From assembly GCA_028534125.1 (NCBI GenBank), contig CM052816.1, positions 58,158,001 through 58,222,000 of the forward strand: a stretch of 64,000 nt of DNA. The letters run 5' to 3'. The notes below the pieces were generated by a model. That model did not search any database. It was not told the DNA's origin and saw only the letters and a list, made by a program, of their open reading frames with translations. Position 1 is the stretch's first letter. Each line of letters begins with the position of its first letter. Below, in pieces: positions 1 through 11,199 of this stretch. Origin of the DNA: Lama glama. Its lineage: Eukaryota. Both the position numbers and the translations under genes were made by a program.

Positions 1-36
1 TTCTTACTGTCATTCCCTCTCTTCGGCTTCTCACAG

Positions 37-203
37 ACATCGCTATAGCAAACCGCCAGAACAAACACCAGGTGGCAATTCACAGCAACGCCTGTGAATC
101 TGAGCCAGACTTTCGTCTCCCACCTCCCTGCAAGGAGCCACTCTGCCTGAGTAGCTCCCTGGCAGCTGCTGAGCCAGGTCCAGGGCAGATCAAACAGTGC
201 TGA
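37..203 (+). CDS. Candidate terminal coding exon of an upstream gene (unidentified)
   Basis: Strong polypyrimidine tract plus CAG acceptor (ttccctctcttcggcttctcacag|, ending at 36) and five CpGs in the first 120 nt. The phase-1 frame reads IAIANRQNKHQVAIHSNACESEPDFRLPPPCKEPLCLSSSLAAAEPGPGQIKQC* (stop 201-203); the phase-2 frame reads HRYSKPPEQTPGGNSQQRL* (stop 95-97). Possible ATTAAA at 959-964. Neither peptide is recognised. Confidence 0.3.
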
Positions 204-1139
204 TTCTGGGCTGCAGGTTCTGGTGCCCAACCCGGGGGCTGGTGAACCACATGCTGCTTTGCCTCTTAGCAGGCAGGAAGAAAAAGCTGGAGGGGAAAGC
301 CACTGTCTCCCAGTGCCCTTCTCCCAGCTAGACCCTGCCCCAGTCCCCATAGGCAGCCTTCCCAGGGCACTGGCTGATCATTTGCTTACTGTTGCCTACC
401 CTCCCAACATCAAACCAGGGTCAGGAAAAGGTGAGAGTGGGTACTGGTGCCCAGGAGAGGAATCAGGGTCATCACAACCAGAAACAGAGACAGTCTAGAT
501 TCTCACCCAGAAGACCTAAGAGAAAACCAGAAGCTAAAAACTGTTAGGCCTGCAAATAGGAAACCAAGTTGACAGGTAGAGAGACTTCAAGTTATGGCCA
601 CAGTCCTTGGATTCGGGAAGCATAGAAGAAGTGGACTGATGAAAGCATAAAAGATTCGTTCTGGGACATTTGAGAGGCCTGCTGGGGGCAGGGCAAATGA
701 AGCACTAGCCTTGGGCATCTGTGGGAGAGCTAAATATGGGAACAGCACACAGAAGCACAGCTTGTCCCCGGCCAGGCCACCAATCAGAGTTCTCCAAACA
801 GCAGCTGTTTCAATAACAATGCAGGAACCTCTCCTGCTTCCAGCATTGTAAAGGACTAAGTTGTTCCACATGAGTGGGATTTCCCTTCAAATGGCAGAAC
901 TTTTTTATGTTAGTAATTTTAAATATCACCCTTCAACTCAACACTTGTGGCTCTTATCATTAAAAAAAAAAAGATAAATCCCAAAGCCTGTGATCCTTAC
1001 AACTCTTTTATGAAATCAATGAACATGCACCAGACTCCTCTTACATGATGAGCACCAGACAACCACAAAACATGGTAGACAGCGGCACCTCACAGGAGAG
1101 TTCTTATAAGAGAGATCTGAAACAAATGCTATAAGTACA

Positions 1140-2290
1140 TATGAGTTGGTAGACACATATGTATTTCCTAGTTCTGTCCACTGAGGAAGCCTAGAAACAG
1201 TGACATCCCAGTAGCCACATCATGCCCAGTGCCCAGATCTTAGTTTCTAAACACCTTTCTTCAATAAAAGAACCCAAGGCTACTTGGGAAAATGGCTGCT
1301 TCTAAGGGGGAAGAAAAGGATGGAAGCGGCATACGGGAGCCAACCTGAAAAAGCTCTCAACAGCCAAAACTAGAACAATTTGAGTCACTGAATAAATAAT
1401 GATAATATTGAGTTATAATGTAAAGAGCAAAATAAATATCCATGAGTCCATTCTGAGATGACCAAATAAATAAATAAATAATAAGAAGGGACAGATCTTC
1501 CTTACAGAAGAATTCCAATGAATAAATGTAGAAGGAGTGAGCAAAATAGATCATCATCTTTAGAATACCACGGTAGTAATTGATGTAGAGAGGATCCATC
1601 GATAAATGCTAAAATTAGTGGGATAAACTTTAAGAGGAAACAAAGTATTGTTCCCCAAATTCACTAATTATTGTGGTGGTTCTAACATATGATCACAAAT
1701 TCTTTGATAGCCTGCCCTTCAGGAAGTGGTGCTTAATTCCCCTCCCCATGGGTGTGGGCTGGATGTAGAGACTCAGGAATATTTGTGGAAGGAGTAATAT
1801 AGTTACATTACAGTGGAGAAACCTGGCAAATGTCACCTTAACAAACTGCTCAAGGTTAATATCACCAGTGATAAACCACACTGATATCATATGTCCACTG
1901 ATATCATGGAATGAAAAGAGTATTTCTCCTCTGTGGTATTTCTCAAAAATCCATAACCTTATCCTATTAATAAGAACACAGCAGATAAACTTAAATTGAG
2001 GGGCATTGTGTAAAATACCTAGCTATTACTCTTCAAAAGAATCAAGGTCATGAAAGTCAAAGAAAGAGTAAGGAACTTGTCACAGTTTGGGGGAGGTTAA
2101 GAAGACATGATGACTAAATGTAATGTGGTACCTTGGGTTGGATCCCGGAACAGAAAAAAGCTGGGGAAATTCAAATAAAGCCTATAGTTTAGTTAACAGT
2201 ATTATACCATTGTCATTTTCTTAGTTTTGACTAATATACCATGGTTATGTAAGATGTTAGCATAAATGGAAGCTAAGTAACAGTATACAT
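1140..2290 (+). mobile_element. Old L1 3' UTR (L1MC3/L1MC4-like)
   Basis: Diagnostic motifs gtatttcctagttctgtccactgag, cccagatcttagtttctaaa, tggagaaacctggcaaa...caaggttaatatcaccagtga and catggttatgtaagatgttagcat. Confidence 0.8.
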
Positions 2291-3103
2291 TTCTAAGTGT
2301 GAGCTGACACAAATCCTGAGTTCACAGCCAAGTGTGCATGTGCAGAACATACCCCAAGAAGCATGGAAAATACTTTGAGAAATAAGCCATATAAATCACT
2401 GCTCAAATCCCAGACTATCCCTGAATGGTTTATAAAAGAGGCAGCCCCCAAAAGCACAGAAAAGGCTTTGAAAATGGTACAGGCACTAGAACCATCACTC
2501 TCAGAAAGCAAGACAAAACTTGCAGTGTAAACTTGATATGATTGCCTGCTAAAACAAAAAGGTCCACATTCTCCAGGGGATTTTAACAGCACCAAGAGTC
2601 TCATGACTTAATATACAAACTGTCCTGGATATCATATAAAATTACCCAACATATCAGGAACCAGGAAAATCTGACCAATTCTCAAAGGGAAGAAACAATC
2701 AACAGATGCCAACCCCAAGATGACCCAGATGTCAGAACTGTCAGATAAAGACCTTAAAGCATTGTACAAGGTGAAAGTTAACATTGTTGAAATGAATGGG
2801 AAGTTCTCAACAGAGAAACAGAAACCATGGTAAGAGAACCAAATGGAACTTTAGAGTGAGAATACATCATCCAAAATAAAAAATTTGCTAGAGAGATTCA
2901 AATAATTGGAGTCCATCTTCAATAAAGTAGAGATGACAAGAAAAACCTGTCCATTAACTGGAGGATGGATAAACAGAAATTATCTGACCTAAAGAAAATC
3001 CATTGAAAAAGTGAACAGAGCCTCAGGACCTATGGGACAATATAAAAAGTCTAATTTGTATGTGATTGGAGCCCATGAGGAGAGGAGACAGAGACAGGTA
3101 TAG

Positions 3104-4274
3104 AAACATTATCTGACATACATCTCAAAAATTTTCTCCTAGAAGAAATAAAAGCAAAAATAAACAAATGGGACCTAATGAAACTTACAAGCTTCTGCAC
3201 AGCAAAGGAAACCATAAGTAAAACAAAAAGACAACTTACGGAATGGGAGAAAATCTTTGCAAATGAAACAGACAAAGGCTTGATCTCCAGAATATATAAG
3301 CAGTTCATACGACTTAGTAAGATACAACCAAACAACCCAATCCAAACATGGGCAAAAGACCCGAACAAGCAATTCTCCAAGGAAGACATACAAGTGATCA
3401 ATAAGCACACGAAAAAAAATGCTCAATATCACTAATTATCAGAGAAATGCAAATCAAAACTACAATGAGGTATCACCTCACACCAGTCAGAATGGCCATC
3501 ATTCAAAAAATCCACAAATGACAAATGCTGGAGAGGCTGTGGAGAAAGGGGAACCCTCCTACACTTCTGGTGGGAATGCAGTTTGGTGCGGCCACTGTGG
3601 AAAACTGTATGGAGATTTCTCAAAAGAGTAGGAATAGACCTACCGTATGACCCAGGAATCCCGCTCCTGGGCTTATATCCAGAAGGAACCCTACTTCAGG
3701 ATGACACCTGCACCCCAATGTTCATAGCAGCACTATTTACAATAGCCAAGACATGGAAACAGCCAAAATGTCCATCAACGGATGACTGGATAAAGAAGAT
3801 GTGGTATATTTATACAATGGGAATACTATTCAGCCATAAAAACCGACAACATAACGCCATTTGCAGCAACATGGATGCTCCTGGAGGATGTCATTCTAAG
3901 TGAAGTAAGCCAGAAAGAGAAAGAAAAATACCATATGAGATCACTCATATGTGGAATCTAAAAAACAAAAACAAAAAAACAAAGCATAAATACAAAACAG
4001 AAATAGACTCATAGACATAGAATACAAACTTGTGGTTGCCAAGGGGGTAGAGGGTGGGAAGGGATAGATGGGATTTTAAAATTGTAGAATAGATAAACAA
4101 GATTATAATGTAAAGCACAGAAATATACACAAGATCTTATGGTAGCTCACAGAGAAAAGAAATGTGACAGTGAATATATATATGTTCATGTATAACTGAA
4201 AAATTGTGCTCTACACTGGAATTTGACACAACATTGTAAAATGATTATAAATCAATAAAAAATGTTAAAAAAAA
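3104..4274 (+). mobile_element. Young, 5'-truncated L1 (ORF2 C-terminus + 3' UTR + A tail)
   Basis: ORFs 3178-3435 ([12 protein letters not shown]...EWEKIFAN) and 3583-3903 ([11 protein letters not shown]...[13 protein letters not shown]...CTPMFIAALFTIAKTWKQPKCPS) are L1 ORF2. AATAAA and an A-rich tail lie at about 4254-4274. Confidence 0.95.
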
Positions 4275-4859
4275 GAAAACACAATTTTGAAGAAACAATA
4301 ACAAAAAAATTTCCCCAATTCAGTGAAACACATAAACTTACAGATGCAAAGGAGTTTAGGGAACATTAAACATGGTATATTCAAATAAAAGTATCATGCT
4401 CAAACTGTGAAAATCAAAGGAAATAAAGAAATTCTTAAAGCAGCCAGAGAAAATGACACATTACAAGTAGAATAAAAATTTGACTGACTGTGGACTTCTC
4501 ACAGCAATCATAGAGGCCAGAAAGAAAAAAGCTGTCAACTCAGAATTCTACATCCCGTGAAAATATCCTTCAGGTATGAAGGTGAAATAAAGGCAATCTC
4601 AAGTGAAGGAAAATGAAGAGGTTTCATTGCCAACAGACCTGCTCTGAAATAACATTAAAGGAAGTTCTTCAGATGGAAGGGAAATGATGTAAGAGGGAAA
4701 ATTAGAACTTGAGAAATGAAGGAAGAGCAACAGAAATATAAACATCTGAGTAAATATAATAAATTAATTTTCTCCATTTATATATTTTAAAAATATGTAT
4801 GACAATCAAAAGTCAAAATTATAACATTGTTCAGTGGTTAGGGGATACAGAGTGTGTAG

Positions 4860-4930
4860 ACTGTGTGTGTGTGTGCGTGTGTGTATATATACACATATAT
4901 ATACATATATACACACACACACACAACATA
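4860..4930. repeat. Compound (TG)n(TA)n(CA)n microsatellite
   Basis: Directly visible dinucleotide runs. Confidence 0.9.
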
Positions 4931-5349
4931 TATAACATAAAGGGAGAAGGGTAAAGGAACATATATGGTTGTAAGGTTTCTACATTCTATTAGAAGTGGT
5001 CAAATATTAAATTTAAACAGATTGTGACAAGCTAGGTATGTATATTATAATCCCTAGAGCAGCTACCAGAAATAAATACAAGGAGATACAGCTATGAGCA
5101 GGGCTGCCTGACCCCTCCCCAAGTCTGGCCTGCCACTCTCTGTATCTGAAGCTCTGGGGAGTGATTGGTCCTCTACAGCTCCCCCAAACCTTCCTTCTGG
5201 GGCTCAACTGGAGGCCCCTCCCACGGTTACATGTTCTAACCCCACCCCATAGTGGTAGGGACAGATGTGGCTCATGGCTCAATCCACATCCCAATGTCAT
5301 ACGGCAAGGAAGAGTGAGGAAATTCAGACCCTTTCTGTCCAGTCCTTTG

Positions 5350-5925
5350 ATTTCATAGCTGGGGAGACTGATGGCAGAGAAGGAAAGTTACTATTTGCTT
5401 AAGCCCCCATAGCAAGCCATTGTTAGAACCAGGCCTGGAACCCAATCTCCCAGCACCACACACCATTAGGGAACAAGGACTCTGGGACTCCTGCCCCAGC
5501 TCCTCTGCCCTACCTGTGAGCAGGCTTTTGTGTCTGGCTGTCCTCCAGGACTATTAATAACAGACACATACATACACTATGTGCCAGCACTAAGTTTATC
5601 TATCTGTCATCTACCCATTCACCTTTCCTTGTTTCTCTCTATCTTCTCTTCTTCATATCTATTTTTCCTTCTATCCATCATCTATCTATCTATATCTATC
5701 TATTTGCTATCCATCTATTTTTCTATCTATCTACCTATCTATTCACACTAAATCCTCATATTGCCTCAGTTGAGATAGGCACTATTATTCTCTCTGTTTT
5801 CTAGATGTAAAAACTAAAGTATTGAGAGGTGAAGAAACTTGCCCAAGATTACACATCTATAAGTGTTGGTTCTGGAATACGAGCCAGATCTGGCTCTATA
5901 CTTGAGTTCGGAACCATCACGGTCT
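5350..5925 (-). mobile_element. Two MIR SINE fragments; the second is interrupted by a degenerate (CTAT)n repeat at about 5595-5745
   Basis: MIR core in reverse: tttctagatgtaaaaactaaagtattgagaggtgaagaaacttgcccaagattacaca. Confidence 0.75.
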
Positions 5926-6138
5926 TCCTCTCAGGAAGACCAACCCAGAGCAGAACTCTCTAAAACATTCCATGGTCCAGAGCGAAATGTGCCCTGGCTG
6001 CCCCTGACCCATATCTTGCACTCTCAGGAGCATTTTTAACCAGAGGAAATTTGGCTAAAAGGCATATGAAAGGCAGTTTTGAAGGAAAAAATGAGGAGGT
6101 AGGAGCTGACAAGAGGCTCCAGCAGCCTGGAAGGCACT

Positions 6139-6151
6139 GTTGCTAGGCAAC
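6139..6151. promoter_or_regulatory. RFX X-box-like palindrome GTTGCTAGGCAAC
   Basis: Matches the RFX consensus GTTRCY-N-RGYAAC with both GTTGC/GCAAC half sites intact. Function untested. Confidence 0.45.
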
Positions 6152-6155
6152 CTAC

Positions 6156-6683
6156 CTTGGGCCTCCCGTCCTCTCAGGACTAGAGTTTCTTCCCAGGCTC
6201 CTCTGTTCCTTCTTAACAACAGCTGATGACACCAGCTCCTTCTCCCCTTCCAGGATGCTGCCCCCTTGAGTCATTGCCATCGCCAGTCACGTGGTGAAAT
6301 CACTTGGCTCAACCCCAAGACCCCGGTGGGGCCAGATAAGGAGCTTCCAGCCATGCTGGAGTCCGACTTTCCTTCCTCCCTGGGAAAGTCCAGCTTCTAT
6401 GGTTGCCAGGGACGCAGGGGGTGGGGGAGGGGGCAGTTGGGCGTGTGGCGGTGGAGCTCCAGCCAAGAAGGGAGTTTAGTAAAGCATCAGCAAACTGTTT
6501 CGCAGCTGAGCTCATGCTGACTGTAGTCAGCGGTTAGCAGCTTGCTGGTAGGGAGAATATGGTTCTCCTTGTCCTGCTTCTCTTTCACGTTCCTCAAGTG
6601 TATCTGCTCTGCCACCAGTTCTGTCCTGGGATCAACAAAGTATTGCTGCTGGTGGGGCCTCACAGATGTGCCCCTTGGATTCA
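6156..6683 (-). pseudogene. Putative decayed coding exon (528 nt, symmetric phase 1-1)
   Basis: Acceptor cttcttttggacttcccag|TG at 6683 and donor CCAAG|gtaggt at 6156. One frame (VNPRGTSVRPHQQQYFVDPRTELVAEQIHLRNVKEKQDKENHILP...) has 3 stops in 176 codons: TGA 6487-6489, TAG 6397-6399, TGA 6271-6273. Confidence 0.35.
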
Positions 6684-7205
6684 CTGGGAAGTCCAAAAGA
6701 AGGCAGATTAATCCCACTGCTCTCTAAACCCCTTGCCCAGTTTCACTGTGATTCATTGAAGGTGAAAGGCTATTTTCACAGCCTACTCTAAAAGGCTAAA
6801 AAGTGAGATCACTGTGACCCAGCAAAGAGAGGCAGACAATACCCCTTTCCCGGGAAGCCATCGAAAGCTGTCAGGCGCTCCAAGCGCCTTCTCTTCCAAC
6901 AAGCCCACTCATGTTGGAGTGACTCATAGTCCAGTCTTCTCCCCTAGAGGCCACTCCTTTCACCACTGCCCTGTTCAGCTCACCAACCATTTAGCCATCT
7001 TCTGAAACATTGACTTATACCACTTTCAGTAAACAGCCTTGCTGGACGCATTGTGTGGGCCAGATTCTTGACTTTTATAACTTATGTGAGTGATAGCCAG
7101 CAACACACTAGAAATCACCCTCTATTAAGTTAGTATCATTAGGAAAGTTGCCAATATTTTGCCCAGGAGGAACTAAGAAGGGGAGCCCAGGGAAAGAGCT
7201 CCCAC

Positions 7206-7879
7206 CTGAAATGCATCTTGATGACAAATTGCTCAGATACCACTTTGCTGAGATAAAGGTGTTCAGCTGGGTCTTCATACCAGCCAGGCCCAGAAAGGTA
7301 CTGAGAACCCCATAACTCCTGTCAGTTGAAGGCTGACAGCATCTTTCAGCTACACTAGAATATTTTCTCCCAGGCCATTTCCAAAAGTGGGCTCCAATGC
7401 CAGGATCACTGGGGAATACTGAAGGGGTATCAAGCCCATGTCCCATTCACTTCTTTCGGATCCCAGAGGTCTCCTGTGGGTCTTTCAAAGAAGGAGACAC
7501 AAAGCTAGAGGAGGAAGAGGCCAAGGCACATGAGGCTTTTATAACTGTAAACTTCTCCCATTTGATGCTGCAGGAAATTGTGTTTCTAGCATATTGTCAG
7601 TTGTCCAGAAACCAGCAAATAACTGTCTGCCCTTCCTCTAACCTGGGATCCCGCGTTTGGACACCTATTCTGAGAGTCACGGGGTAACTTTCACCAGGGC
7701 ATCTGTGGAGCTTCCAGGAGAGACCAGATAGCGCAATATTATTCCATCCTTCTAGTAAAACACAAAAAGGGCTAGTTTGTCTTGGTGAATGAAGCACGAA
7801 GTTCTCAGTCGGTCCCCACCCATCAAGAAGGTATCTTGGGTCTATTAGTCCTGAGGCTCTGAGTGGGTCATACTGGTAA
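7206..7879 (-). pseudogene. Putative decayed coding exon (674 nt, phase 2-1)
   Basis: ORF-track ORFs 7597-7887 and 7108-7446 share a frame, with only two TGA stops (7597-7599, 7447-7449) in about 224 codons. Pyrimidine tract plus AAG acceptor at 7880. Donor TTCAG|gtggga at 7206 is in phase with the 6683 acceptor. Confidence 0.35.
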
Positions 7880-8371
7880 CTTTCCATTGGGTGAAAGAAA
7901 AGAGATTCTGAACAACTCCTGGGCTGAGGAAGAAGAGCAGGGAAATTCTTTAAATTCTAATTTCAATAGCACCCCCCTACACCCTTCCATCATGCACACA
8001 AGCATACATACACACCATAATCAGTATAATAAATTAGCTTGCTTTCCTTAGAAGATAAAAATCTTCCTCAGTTCATCATCAGACCCTGTTCTCTAGCCTC
8101 AGATCACATCCTTTGAAACCACAAATGAGGCACGGAGGATCGAATAAACCAGGTAGACAAAAGAGGTCATTCCTGTCTCTCATGCCCATGGCAGACAGCA
8201 AGGAAGAAGGAGGGAAAGAATAATACTGCAGCATGTGCTCTCAGGGTGCCTCGTCCACAAGCTTCCAGAAGCCTCTAAGGCCCTAGAATTAATCTGTTCC
8301 CAAAAGATGTTTGTCGAATTGTGTCCCCAGATAAAGCCTCAGGTTCCTCAATCTCCATATTTCACATTCAC

Positions 8372-8486
8372 AACTGGTGGTGCCGTTTGTTCATCCTCTC
8401 CAGATACCCAGAAGAACCACAGGAGATTTGGGGAGAAGCAGCAACATTTCCTACATCTGGTTTTCTTCTTGGTGTTGAGGTTGAGG
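8372..8486 (-). pseudogene. Putative upstream exon of the same decayed gene (115 nt, phase 1-2)
   Basis: Pyrimidine-rich tract ending taag| at 8487 and an open frame STSTPRRKPDVGNVAASPQISCGSSGYLERMNKRHHQ. The weak donor TT|gtgaat is phase-compatible with the 7879 exon. Confidence 0.22.
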
Positions 8487-8544
8487 CTTAGGAGGTGATG
8501 GGGCAGGAGGAAAAAACCCTTTTTTGGAGATTAACAAAAATAAT

Positions 8545-9054
8545 ATTGTTCCAATTACCATTGCTAAATAGCGAGCCATCCCCAAACTTAGTGGTTTAAA
8601 TGACAACAATCATTTATTTTGCTCGTGAATCTGCCATTTGGACATGGTTCAGTGGACCCAACTCATTTCTCTCCATTTAGCATCAGCTGGGGCACCTTTG
8701 CTTGAACTGGAGGTTCCCTTCTGACAAGAGGCTCGTTCACGTGGTTGGCAAGTTTGTGCTGTCAGTTCCTCCTCAAACAGGCCTCTCCAGGGGTGACTTG
8801 GGCCTCCTTACAGCATGGAGGCTTGGTTTCTCTCAATGTCTCAAATATGAAGCAAAAAAGAAGCTGTATCACTTTTTTATGACATATCCTCAGAAGTCAT
8901 GAGTATCACTCCTCCCACAGCCATATGTCCACCCACATACATGAAAATACAGACCCCACCTCTTGGCAGGTGGAAAATTAGTGTTGCATTGTAAGAAGAG
9001 CATGTTGGATGAGAGATGCTGTGACAGCCATTTGGGGTAAATATAATCTGCCAT
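8545..9054 (-). mobile_element. MaLR solo LTR (MLT1G/H-like)
   Basis: ccccaaacttagtggtttaaa...catttattttgctcgtgaatctgc, ending aatataatctgccata (reverse of the TGTGGCAGATT start). Confidence 0.8.
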
Positions 9055-9059
9055 AAGAA

Positions 9060-9730
9060 TTAGCTATAACTAATATATAATGATTACTTACTATATTCTG
9101 GACTCTCGGCTAAAGAGTTCAACATGAGTTCTCACCTTAAATCTCACATCAAGCCTATACGGCAGGTATTCACATTGTTCCATTTTACAGACAAGGAAAC
9201 TGAGGCTTAGAGAGAGATGAAATAATTTGTCAGCTTGAAAGTGGCAGAGGTAAACTTTGAATCCAGATCCACTTGGGCCAAGTGCCAGAGCTCACAACCA
9301 CTGTGCTACAAGCCTCTCAGACCTGATATCTAGCCCCAGTCCAGGACTCACTAAAGTGACGCAATGGAAAGAGAACAGAACTTGAGGACAGGAGCCAAGA
9401 TTTCAGCTCCAGCTCTGCTACACATAATTAGAAGTGCCACTGATTATGTGCCACATGCTATGTTAAGCACTTTACATGTGTTATCTTACATATTCCTTAA
9501 AAGTATTCTGCGAGGAAGTTATTACACGATGTCCATTTAACAAGTTTGAGAATTAAGGCTCCAAGAGGTGAAGTAACTCGCCCAAGTTACACAGATGTTA
9601 ACTAAGTGAACTGGGATTTAACACTAGTTCTGTCTTACTCCAAGGCTCTTAATCACCTTAATCCAATGCCTGGGTCCCTGGACAAGCCCTTCCCTCACTG
9701 AACCCTCAAACCCCTCACCTGTAAGAGGGC
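9060..9730. mobile_element. Cluster of MIR SINEs (two on -, one split copy on +)
   Basis: cattttacagacaaggaaactgaggcttagagag and gaggtgaagtaactcgcccaagttacacag. Confidence 0.8.
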
Positions 9731-9826
9731 CAGGCTATGAATTCTACTGTAGGTCTCTTGGCTCTGCTGTAGGTGGGAGGCCCTGGGCACCAGGCACTGA
9801 TGCCTCCGGCGTGAAATCCCTTAAGG

Positions 9827-10059
9827 CATGGTTTCTCAACCTTAGCACTATGGCTATTTTGGACTGCACAACTTTTTGTTATGGGGGCTGCCCTGTGCAT
9901 TATAGGAACTTTAGCAGCATCCCTGGTCTCTACCCAGTAGATGCCAGTCATATCCCCCTCCTCAAGTTGTGACAACAAAAAGTGTTTCCCGACATGGCCA
10001 ATGTCCTCTGGGGGGCAAAATTGCTCCACCCCTCTCCCCACCCACATTGAGAACCTCTC
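9827..10059 (+). mobile_element. MER20 (hAT-Charlie non-autonomous DNA transposon)
   Basis: catggtttctcaaccttagcact...tgccctgtgcattatagga...agcagcatccctggtctctaccc...gggggcaaaattgc...ttgagaacctct, with a degenerate 8-bp TSD ccttaagg/cattaaga. Confidence 0.9.
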
Positions 10060-11199
10060 CATTAAGATAATACTCCAGTGGCCCAATTCTATATCTTCAC
10101 AGAGGTCCTGTGGTCAGTATCTCCTTCTTTAGAGGTCCCTGTCCTCTGACTGGTAACATCACCAGCTGGGAGGATTACGGAGCGATCTGGGTGGTATAAC
10201 AAACCCGCTCTTTTCCTTTTGCTGGGCTGTTTCCCTGCCTTAGACTCTCATTGGTTCAGAAATTGATGGCACTCAGATGCCAGCAGGTACCAAATGCCAG
10301 GCCAAAGCACAGAGGCTGGCCCTTTTCCCCTTCCTCCCCAGTTTTTCTCTCCATCCCTCCTGCTCCCCTGACTCTGTTTCTCTCTCCTCTTCTCCTCTCT
10401 TCTCCCCATGTCCCTTTCTTATCAGACATTGGCAGAACAGGGGAGATGCTGTTGCCAGGAAATTGCTTGCATTCTCGGGCACACTGCTTCCCAGCAGGCC
10501 CTTCCTCTGAGTGGAGCCTGAGGAGAGCCAAGTATGCGTCCCCCAGCACCAGACAGCCGGGCACCAGGGGTCCAAGCTAAAAACGGACCATGCTAGGCTT
10601 TGCCTTCAATAGGTACTTGAGCTGTGAAGGGACTTGACTCCTTTACACACACTCCTGTCCCCACCCCCTCAGGCTCCGGTCATAGCAGCACTCCTGCTGT
10701 CAACAAGCAGCACCATGGCGGGGGACACACCCGGACAATTTGTGGGACACCTTGAGACCTCTTTCCTCCAAAGCACAGGGCACTAGAGTGGGGAAGATGC
10801 AAGAACGAAACCCCCTCACCAGCAGCCTAAGGCTTCTGCCCTCTGATCCTGGAGTCATGTCAAGTTCTCACTACCTCTCAAGGCATCTGGGAATGCAACC
10901 ACAGGTCAGTGGTGTTTGGTTTAGAGCCTGAATCTGGGGCAGCTTCTACCCTTGGATCCCACACCTGCCCTCGTGAGAACAAGAGTAGTTCTCCTTCTGC
11001 ACGAGAGCCCATGAAAACATCTGATGTATTACCATATTTCTCAACCCTTCTCTCCCACAGGTTAAACACTCCCGTTCCTCTGAATAACAGTCCTATATGA
11101 CCTGCAGACAGCACTAGCCTGGATGTGCTGCTGTTTTGCCAGTGCCATCTCAAAAGAAATATACTCAGAATTAAATCCACACATTATTCATTTTTTACC

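Larger units (their letters stand above)
2293..5095 (+). mobile_element. Old L1 5'/ORF1 region (L1ME/L1M-like), split by a younger L1 at 3104-4274
   Basis: aaacaatcaacagatgccaaccccaagatgacccagatg and gaacagagcctcaggacctatgggacaa before the insertion. It resumes after 4275 with ttcttaaagcagccagagaaa, tgtcaactcagaattcta and aaaggaagttcttcag. Confidence 0.75.

Noticed and set aside
223..498. ORF ending in a PDZ-like ETETV*
   Set aside because: It starts at GTG, its frame is closed upstream by stops at 46-48 and 148-150, and it is not in frame with the open readings from the acceptor at 36. Likely chance or UTR sequence.
6271..7599. Selenoprotein-style TGA readthrough of the minus-strand frame
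   Set aside because: The frame also contains a TAG (6397-6399), the TGAs are not in recognisable redox motifs, and I saw no SECIS-like element. Decay or chance is simpler.
10080..11180. Several overlapping ~100-aa ORFs on both strands
   Set aside because: GC-rich and purine/pyrimidine-biased sequence yields long frames, extensions hit stops at about the chance rate, and there are no clear splice boundaries. It could still relate to the decayed gene but is unsupported.
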